Source: an uncultured Atopobiaceae bacterium (GTDB taxonomy: Bacteria; Actinomycetota; Coriobacteriia; Coriobacteriales; Atopobiaceae). From it: DNA of 64,000 bases. The notes beneath the pieces were generated by a model. The model did not search any database. It saw nothing but the letters and a program-made list of their open reading frames with translations, and had not been told where the DNA came from. Location: NCBI GenBank assembly GCA_944320975.1, contig CALUJM010000009.1, forward strand, positions 18,484-82,483, read 5' to 3'. This document shows positions 61,180 through 64,000 of this stretch, in pieces (position 1 is the stretch's first letter; every line of letters starts with the position of its first letter). A program made the translations under genes and the position numbers.

Positions 61180-62511
61180 ATGATCAAGATCGCAAAGTTC
61201 GGCGGCTCTTCCGTCGCGTCCGCCGAGCAGTTCCGCAAGGTCAAGGCCATCGTCGAGGCCGACCCCGACCGCCGCTTCGTCGTGGTGTCCGCGGCGGGCA
61301 AGCGCTTCTCGGCCGACAACAAGATCACCGATCTGCTGCTTCTCGTGAACGCGCACATCCAGTACCACGTCGACTGCACGTCGCTTCTCGCCGACATCGA
61401 GCAGCGCTTCGTCGAGATCGCCGAGGAGCTGGGCCTCAAGTGGCCGGTGCGCGAGAAGTTCGAGCTGTTCGCCAAGAACATCAAGAAGCACTCCCCCGAG
61501 TACATCGTCGCCCGCGGCGAGTGGTTCACCGCCCACCTCATGGCCGAGTACCTCGGCATGCCCTTCGTCGACGCGGCTGACGTCGTGGTGTTTCACCACA
61601 ACGGCGAGGTCGACATGGAGCGCACGGCCGCGCGCCTCAAGGACGTCATGGTGCGCCAGGGCTCGTTCGTCCTGCCCGGCTTCTACGGGGCGACCGTGGA
61701 CGGGCAGATCAAGCTCTTCCAGCGCGGCGGCGGCGACATCACGGGCGCCATCCTCGCTCGCTGCATCGACGCCGGGCTCTACGAGAACTGGACCGACGTC
61801 TCGGGCTTCCTCTCGGCAGACCCGCGCATCGTCGAGAACCCGCGCTCCATCCGCCGCATCACCTTCGACGAGATGCGCGAGCTCTCCTACATGGGCGCCT
61901 CGGTCCTGCAGGAGGAGGCCATCTTCCCCGTGCGCGAGGTCAACATCCCCATCCAGATCAAGAACACCAACCGCCCGCAGGACGAGGGCACGATCATCCG
62001 CGAGAAGGCGCGCCTCGGCGAGGACGAGCACCTCATCACCGGCATCGCCGGCAAGCGCGACTTCATCTCGGTGCACGTGAAGAAGGCGCACATGTCCGGC
62101 GAGGTCGGGTTTGTGCGCAAGGCGCTCTCGGTCTTCGAGCGCTACGGCATCTCCGTGGAGCACATCCCCACGGGCGTGGACTCGTTCTCCGTGGTGGTCA
62201 ACGGCGCCGACGTGCGCGACTCCATCTACTCCATCGTGACGGACATCCGCCGCGAGCTCGAGCCCGACGACATCACGATGGTCGACAAGCTCGCGCTGAT
62301 CTCCGTCGTCGGCCGCAACATGTCCAAGCGCTCCGGCACCTCCGGCAAGATCTTCGGGGCGCTCGGCGAGGCGGGCGTCAACATCCGCATGATCACGCAG
62401 AGCTCGCAGGAGATCTCGATCATCATGGGTGTCAACAACGACGACTTCGAGCGCGCCATCCAAGTGATCTACAACCGCTTTGTCCGCGACGAGATGGTCA
62501 CCGCCAGCTGA
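61180..62511 (+). CDS. lysC: Aspartate kinase
   Basis: MIKIAKFGGSSVASAEQ..., an amino-acid kinase fold, and C-terminal ACT domains (ALISVVGRNM...INIRMITQSSQEISI). Confidence 0.9.
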   Translation: MIKIAKFGGSSVASAEQFRKVKAIVEADPDRRFVVVSAAGKRFSADNKITDLLLLVNAHIQYHVDCTSLLADIEQRFVEIAEELGLKWPVREKFELFAKNIKKHSPEYIVARGEWFTAHLMAEYLGMPFVDAADVVVFHHNGEVDMERTAARLKDVMVRQGSFVLPGFYGATVDGQIKLFQRGGGDITGAILARCIDAGLYENWTDVSGFLSADPRIVENPRSIRRITFDEMRELSYMGASVLQEEAIFPVREVNIPIQIKNTNRPQDEGTIIREKARLGEDEHLITGIAGKRDFISVHVKKAHMSGEVGFVRKALSVFERYGISVEHIPTGVDSFSVVVNGADVRDSIYSIVTDIRRELEPDDITMVDKLALISVVGRNMSKRSGTSGKIFGALGEAGVNIRMITQSSQEISIIMGVNNDDFERAIQVIYNRFVRDEMVTAS

Positions 62512-62536
62512 TGAAAAGGAACTGTCCCTTTTCATC
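62510..62536. repeat. Family H-like hairpin in the ask-asd spacer
   Basis: GATGAAAAGG-AACTGTC-CCTTTTCATC, overlapping the ask stop codon. Confidence 0.7.
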
Positions 62537-62558
62537 ATCCGACAGAAAGGAAACGCCA

Positions 62559-63575
62559 ATGAGCGAGAAGAACGTAGCCATCCTCGGCGCCACCGGCGTC
62601 GTGGGCCAGCAGATGCTCCAGTGCCTCGAGGAGCGCGACTTCCCCGTCTCGAGCCTCGTCCCGCTCGCGAGCGAGCGCTCCGTCGCCGCCGGCCGCACCG
62701 TTACCTTCCGCGGCGAGGAGGTCCCCGTGCGCCTCGCCGAGCCGGACGCCTTCGAGGGCGTCGATATCGTCCTCGGCGCCGCCGACGACGCCACGGCCCG
62801 CGCCCTGCTGCCCGAGGCCGTCCGCCGCGGCGCCGTGTGCGTGGACAACTCGCACGCCTTCCGCCTCGAGCCCGACGTGCCGCTCGTGGTGCCCGAGGTC
62901 AACGCCGGTGACATCGCCTCCCATAACGGCATCATCGCCAACCCCAACTGCGCCACGATCATCGGCCTCGTGCCGGTGTGGCCGCTCCACCAGGCCGCGG
63001 GCCTCACGCGCCTCGTCGTGTCCACCTACCAGGCCGCCTCGGGCGCGGGCCTTCCCGGCCTGCTCGAGCTCGAGCGCGAGATCCGCTGCGTCGCCGCCGG
63101 CGAGGAGGTGGGGGAGAGCAAGCCCTTCCAGTATCAGCTCGCGGAGAACCTCATCCCGCAGATCGGCGGCTTCAACGAGGTCGGCTACACCTCGGAGGAG
63201 ATGAAGATGCAGAACGAGGGGCGCAAGATCATGCACCTGCCCGAGCTGCGCGTCAACTGCACCTGCGTGCGCGTCCCGGTGGTGCGCTCGCACTCCGAGT
63301 CCATCACCGCCGAGTTCGAGCGCCCGCTCTCGGTCGACGAGGCCCGCGCCCTTCTCGAGGCCGCGCCGGGCGTGAAGGTCGTCGACGACCCGGCCGCGAG
63401 CCGCTATCCCATGCCGCTCGAGACCTCCGACCAGGACCTCGTGTGGGTGGGCCGCCTGAGGCGCGACCTCTCGGCCCCGGACGGCGTGAGCTCGCTCACG
63501 TTCTGGTGCTGCGGCGACCAGATCCGCAAGGGCGCGGCGACCAACGCAGTCCAGATCGCGGAGTACCTGGTGTAG
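62559..63575 (+). CDS. asd: Aspartate-semialdehyde dehydrogenase
   Basis: MSEKNVAILGATGVVGQ, the active-site sequence IIANPNCATI, and SGAG...RVPVVRSHS. Confidence 0.9.
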   Translation: MSEKNVAILGATGVVGQQMLQCLEERDFPVSSLVPLASERSVAAGRTVTFRGEEVPVRLAEPDAFEGVDIVLGAADDATARALLPEAVRRGAVCVDNSHAFRLEPDVPLVVPEVNAGDIASHNGIIANPNCATIIGLVPVWPLHQAAGLTRLVVSTYQAASGAGLPGLLELEREIRCVAAGEEVGESKPFQYQLAENLIPQIGGFNEVGYTSEEMKMQNEGRKIMHLPELRVNCTCVRVPVVRSHSESITAEFERPLSVDEARALLEAAPGVKVVDDPAASRYPMPLETSDQDLVWVGRLRRDLSAPDGVSSLTFWCCGDQIRKGAATNAVQIAEYLV

Positions 63576-63612
63576 GGCGCGCGGGAAGGACGCGGTTGCC
63601 GATAAGGACGAC

Positions 63613-63650
63613 GCGGGGGCCGAGGTTCTTCTCGGCCCCCGCGCTCTTTT
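63613..63650 (+). terminator. Rho-independent terminator after asd
   Basis: The 12-bp stem GCGGGGGCCGAG / CTCGGCCCCCGC has loop GTTCTT and is followed by GCTCTTTT. The loop plus the 3' arm spell the dispersed GTTCTTCTCGG motif. Confidence 0.8.
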
Positions 63651-63755
63651 GCTCGCCGCCTTGTTCGCTCCGCGGCCTGAGTGGGAAAATTCTTTGAAGT
63701 AACTCCCGCGCTTTCGTCGAGTGGGCGGCGATTCCGCAGGTGAATTCTCAATTGA

Positions 63756-63803
63756 CTGCTTGAGTGGGCAGCGATAGTTCAAGATGTTTGCCCACTCAAG
63801 CAG
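63756..63803. repeat. Hairpin with perfect 15-bp stem in the asd / M42-peptidase convergent spacer
   Basis: CTGCTTGAGTGGGCA (63756-70), an 18-nt loop, then TGCCCACTCAAGCAG (63789-803). A third partial copy (GAGTGGGCGG) lies at about 63717. Confidence 0.8.
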
Positions 63804-63833
63804 GGGGTCGCGCATGGCCGATAAGAACGCGCG

Positions 63834-64000
63834 CTAGAGGCTCGCCAGCACCTCGCCGGTCATCCGCTCCGCGACCGCCGCGGCGATCTGCGCCGCCGCG
63901 CGCACGTCATCGAGGCGGCAGACCGAGGTCCCCGCGTGGATGTAGCGGCACGGGACGCCCGCCACCACGCTCGGGACGTCCAGCTGGTGGATGATGCCGC
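63834..64000 (-). CDS. M42-family metallopeptidase (FrvX/endoglucanase-like), C-terminal fragment; gene continues beyond window
   Basis: The minus-strand translation ...GIIHQLDVPSVVAGVPCRYIHAGTSVCRLDDVRAAAQIAAAVAERMTGEVLASL* resembles the M42 C-terminus (IPxRYxH motif). Confidence 0.55.
   Translation of the reverse strand, partial: GIIHQLDVPSVVAGVPCRYIHAGTSVCRLDDVRAAAQIAAAVAERMTGEVLASL

Overview
This is a 64-kb, high-GC chromosomal segment. Gene content suggests a Gram-positive Actinomycetota genome, possibly Coriobacteriia-like. Firmicutes-style features are present: HPr, an L20-type infC attenuator and a T-box-like leader. The taxon cannot be confirmed without a database search.

I support about 57 protein genes and 2 tRNAs. 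I see no rRNA, CRISPR array or prophage. The coding content is mostly housekeeping:
- pstC(partial)-pstA-pstB-pstB-phoU, followed by an OmpR-type two-component pair
- an ECF sigma/anti-sigma pair
- metG, queH, corA, queA, ptsH and tgt
- a RecJ-helicase fusion, and rel
- a PIN/RelB-like toxin-antitoxin pair beside tRNA-Leu
- ferritin and infC-rpmI-rplT
- a secreted CAP-domain protein
- ilvA | ilvD-ilvB-ilvN-ilvC
- pncB, argS and rho
- a liv-type branched-chain amino-acid ABC transporter
- thrB-thrC / hom-ask-asd

The unusual part is the intergenic space. It carries at least eight families of palindromic or hairpin repeats. Several share a GTGAC..AAT..GGGACAGG-type core.

The main observations worth a second look are:
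- One IS200-like Y1 (HUH) transposase is flanked by two inverted ~110-nt hairpins, inserted between ilvA and ilvD. This looks like a REP/RAYT (REPtron-like) system with dispersed cognate palindromes.
- A 10-12-mer (GGCGAGAAGAAC / GTTCTTCTCGCC) is strongly over-represented and almost entirely intergenic.
- There are two candidate structured RNAs, at 29.2-29.5 kb and 40.5-40.6 kb.
- There is a T-box-like leader upstream of ilvD.

Start codons are inferred from homology-like N-termini and Shine-Dalgarno context and may be off by a few codons.
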